64,000 bases of DNA, taken from positions 307,139-371,138 of the forward strand of contig CAWFHF010000007.1 of the NCBI GenBank assembly GCA_963815615.1, in the 5' to 3' direction. This document shows positions 60,772-64,000 of this stretch, one piece after another; positions within the stretch are counted from its first letter, which is position 1; each line of letters opens with the position of its first letter. The position numbers were made by a program, and so were the translations under genes. Source of the stretch: an uncultured Actinomycetota bacterium (GTDB taxonomy: Bacteria; Actinomycetota; Actinomycetes; Mycobacteriales; SCTD01). The notes under the pieces were generated by a model. The model was not told the origin of the DNA. It saw only the letters and a list, made by a program, of their open reading frames with translations, and searched no databases.

Positions 60772-60932
60772 GCTGTTCTCCTTGCAGTCGTTCGGGATCA
60801 GCGAGTGCTTGCCCCCGGGCTGCCGGCGCGACGAGCGCCTGCGTCAACCACGAAGACTGACCACGAACGAGCGAAGAGGTGCACAGCAACCGCGGTGAGC
60901 CTACACCAGCCGCCACCGGGTAGGGGTCGTTC

Positions 60933-61316
60933 GTGCAGACGGAGCAGCGGGTCGAGGTCGCCCTGCCGGGCGACCGCTCCGCGGCAGGCTCCGCCCGCTC
61001 GGCCGTGCGCGAGCTGCTCGCCGGCTGGCGGCTCACCCACCTGCTCGACCCGGTGCTGCTCGCCGTGAGCGAGCTGGTCACCAACGCGGTCCGCCACGGC
61101 CGGGCGCCCGTGCGGCTGTCGGTGCGCCGCTGCCCCCGCGGCATCGCCATCGGCGTGCACGACGCGGCCGACGAGCAGCCCCGCCCCGCGGCAGTGCCCG
61201 ACCCGGACGCCGAGGGCGGCCGCGGGATGCTGCTGGTCGACGCCGTCGCCGACGAGACCGGCGTGCGCCCGCAGTCGCCGAGCGGCAAGGTCGTGTGGGC
61301 CCGCTGGGTCTCCTGA
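60933..61316 (+). CDS. HATPase_c anti-sigma-factor-like protein (RsbW type)
   Basis: VSELVTNAVRHG, EGGRGMLLV, GKVVWA. Confidence 0.87.
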   Translation: MQTEQRVEVALPGDRSAAGSARSAVRELLAGWRLTHLLDPVLLAVSELVTNAVRHGRAPVRLSVRRCPRGIAIGVHDAADEQPRPAAVPDPDAEGGRGMLLVDAVADETGVRPQSPSGKVVWARWVS

Positions 61317-61328
61317 GGCGCGCCGGGC

Positions 61329-63066
61329 TCAGCGCCCGTCGCGCCGCACCGTCGGCGTGCCACCGCGGATCTGGGTGCCGCGCAGCGCGGTGACCACCTC
61401 GTCGGCGGCCTGCTCGGGCACCTCGACCAGCGAGAAGCGCTCGAGGATCTCGATCGCCCCGACGTCCTTGCCCGACAGCCGGGTCTCCCCCGCGATGGCG
61501 CCGACCAGGTCCTGCGGCCGCATGCCCGCGTTGCGCCCGGCGCCGACGAACAGGCGCACCATCGCCGCCCCGGTGGTGCGGTGGACGCCGAGCGGACGCC
61601 CCGACGCCGTCCGGCTGCGCGGCTCGGGCCGTCCCCGGTCGGGGCGCGGTTCGGCCGGGCGCGACGGCGCGTCGGGGATCACCTCGAGGTCGGCGCTGCC
61701 GCTGCCCTCGTGCAGCAGGCGCACGGCCGCCAGGGCGATGTCGCGCAGGTCGTGGTCGGCGGCCAGCGCGTCGACGACGCCGGCGACCGCGTCCAGGCCG
61801 CCGTCCTCCAGCGCCTCCCGCAGCGACGCCGCCGTCTGGTCGAGGCGCCGCGCCTGCAGGTCCTCCACGCTCGGCACCGGCTCGACGCTGATCTTCTGCC
61901 CGGTGGTCCGCTCGACCACGCTGAGCATGCGGCGCTCCCGCGGCTCCAGCAGCGTCAGCGCCACGCCCTCGCGCCCGGCCCGGCCGACGCGGCCGATGCG
62001 GTGCACGTAGGACTCGGCGGCGGCCGGCAGGTTGAAGTTCACGACGTGGGTGAGCTGGTCGAGGTCGAGCCCGCGGGCCGCGACGTCGGTGGCCACGAGC
62101 AGGTCGGCGGTGCCGCTGCGCAGCCGGCCCATCACGCGGTCGCGCTGCTCCTGGCTGAGCCCGCCGTGCAGCGCCTCGGCCCGGTACCCGCGGCCGTTGA
62201 GGGTCTCGGTGAGGGTGTCGACCTCCTCGCGGGTGCGGCAGAAGACGATCGTCGCGACGGGGGCCTCGATGTCGAGCACCCGCCCGAGCGCCGCGGCCTT
62301 GTGCTGCCGCCCGACGACGTACGCCGTCTGCCGGACCTTGGGGGCCTCCCCGGCCGGGCGGGTCTCGCGCTGGATCTGCACCTTGACCGGGTCGTGCAGG
62401 TGCTTGCGCACCATCCGGTCGACCTTGGACGGCATGGTGGCGCTGAACAGCACCGTCTGCCGCTGCGAGGGTGCGGCGTCCAGGATCGCCTCGAGGTCCT
62501 CGGCGAAGCCCATGTCGAGCATCTCGTCGGCCTCGTCGAGCACCACCGTCGCGACGTCGTCCAGCGACAGGCTGCCGCGCTCGACCAGGTCACGGGCGCG
62601 CCCCGGGGTGGCGACGACGACGTCGACGCCGCGCTGCAGGGCGCCGATCTGCCGGCCGATCGGCGCGCCGCCGTAGACCGGCAGGACCCGGGCGCCCATG
62701 CCGGCGGCCGTAGGTGTGCACCGCCTCGGACACCTGCATGGCCAGCTCGCGGGTCGGGGCCAGCACCAGGGCGCGCGGCGACGTGCCGCCGGGCTGGAGG
62801 CGCTGCAGGATCGGCAGCGCGAAGGCCGCCGTCTTGCCGGTGCCGGTCGCGGCCTGCCCGAGGACGTCGCGGCCGGACAGCATCGCCGGGACGGCCTCGC
62901 GCTGGATCGGCGTCGGCTCCTCGTAGCCCAGCGCGGCGAGGGCCTCGACCAGCTCGGTGCGCAGGTCGAGGTCGGCGAACGTCGTCGGGGTGGGCCCGTC
63001 GCCGGTCGGCTCGTCCGCGACGGGCTGGTCGGCGTCGGGCTGCAGGTCGGGCGAGTCGTCGGGCAC
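61329..63066 (-). CDS. deaD: DEAD-box RNA helicase with a DbpA-type C-terminal domain (frameshift near 62705)
   Basis: [40 protein letters not shown]. Confidence 0.9.
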
Positions 63067-63094
63067 GGGTCCAGTGTGGCCGACCGGCGGGCCG

Positions 63095-63475
63095 CTACTC
63101 CTTGGCGGCAGCGGCGCGACGGCCGCCGCGGGCGCGCAGCGTGCCGCCGCCCGCCTGCACGAGCGAGCGCGCGGTGGTGGCGCTGATGCCGTGCGTGGCG
63201 GCCAGCTCCTGCAGCGAGGCGCCGCCGGCGTACTCCTTGGCGACGACCTTGGCGCGCTCGCCGCGGGCCGGGTCGGGCTTGCGGACGGCGCCCCCGCGCG
63301 AGCGCAGCGTGACGCCGCGCTCGAGCAGGATGAGCCGGACGCGGCCGGCGCTGGTGCCGTGCTCCTCGCCCAGCTCGGCCAGGCTGCGCCCGGAGGCGTA
63401 GGCCTTCTCCAGCTTCGCGCCCAGCGCGTCGCGGTCGGCGGGAGTCAGTCGCTTGTGTCGCTCGAGGTCTGCCAC
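63095..63475 (-). CDS. Small basic protein with two tandem HTH repeats (Gbn/SCO1839-like)
   Basis: [17 protein letters not shown]...GVTLRSRGG and [17 protein letters not shown]...GGTLRARGG. Confidence 0.75.
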   Translation of the reverse strand: MADLERHKRLTPADRDALGAKLEKAYASGRSLAELGEEHGTSAGRVRLILLERGVTLRSRGGAVRKPDPARGERAKVVAKEYAGGASLQELAATHGISATTARSLVQAGGGTLRARGGRRAAAAKE

Positions 63476-63485
63476 AAGATGAAAC

Positions 63486-64000
63486 CTAGCGGACGTCGAC
63501 CCGCTCCACAACGAGGGTGAAGCCCTCGGCCCGCAGCCGGTCGGCCAGCCGGGTGCCGAGGCCCGTGGCGGGGGTGAGGACGCCGGCGGCCGGCGGCAGG
63601 TCGTCGAGCGCGAGCGACAGGGCCGCCTGGCCGAGCATGACGGCGGTGGCCGCGTACCCGGGGTCGCCCTTGGCCGCGACGGTGCTGCGGTAGACGGCGC
63701 CGCTGGTGGTCCGCGCCGTCGTCTCGACCCGGAAGTGCCCGGTCTCGCGGGCGTGCTCGCTCGGGCCCTCGCCCGGGGCAGGCAGCACGCGGTCGAGCAG
63801 CCAGCGGGTGGGCGGCACGGCCAGGCCGGCAGCGACCCCGCCCGCCCCGACGGCGATCGCCGGCCGCGAGCGCCGGCGCGAACGGGCTGCTGCCCACGCC
63901 CATCACCTCGCGGTAGCGGAAGCCCTTGCCGTAGCCGTGGTCGGCGAGCGCGTTGCTGCGCCGCACGATGCGGGTGTTGAACGGGGCCATGACGAAGGGC
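63486..64000 (-). CDS. Saccharopine-dehydrogenase-like / trans-acting enoyl reductase, 3' part only (frameshifted)
   Basis: PFVMAPFNTRIVRRSNAL, PGEGPS, GDPGYAATAVML, GVLTPA. Confidence 0.82.

Noticed and set aside
8434..63066. Pseudogene or programmed-frameshift calls for the broken genes
   Set aside because: Breaks are scattered across housekeeping genes without other decay, and I saw no consistent slippery site; sequencing error is more parsimonious.

Overview
Very GC-rich actinomycete chromosomal segment with no rRNA, tRNA, CRISPR or recognisable mobile element. Many otherwise conserved genes carry single-base frameshifts, most simply explained as long-read indel errors. Order of content: (1) modB/modA molybdate uptake with a MerR/xis-type HTH-TOBE regulator; (2) a CDGSH Fe-S protein, a heme-oxygenase-like diiron enzyme, and an IdeR/DtxR-boxed adenylation-carrier-acyltransferase-3 fusion; (3) tandem DUF1990-like genes; (4) the conserved glnE-glnA2-nadE-panB-npdG region with several inserted unknown genes; (5) a large cobalamin cluster with two B12 riboswitches, a NiCoT-like transporter and an embedded dicluster ferredoxin, combining CbiX/CbiD/CbiG with CobN/ChlID and lacking cbiJ/cobK, cobG and cobF within the window; (6) a cold-shock gene, a DEAD-box helicase and a tandem Gbn-like HTH protein. 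Best candidates for an undescribed system: the iron-boxed A-T-AT3 membrane acylation enzyme and its iron-enzyme neighbours, the ferredoxin-containing CbiJ-less B12 operon, a three-gene coupled membrane cassette after panB, a pan-motif-like hairpin before panB, and a phased operator array at the molybdate regulator. All family calls come from motif recognition by eye; no database search was run.
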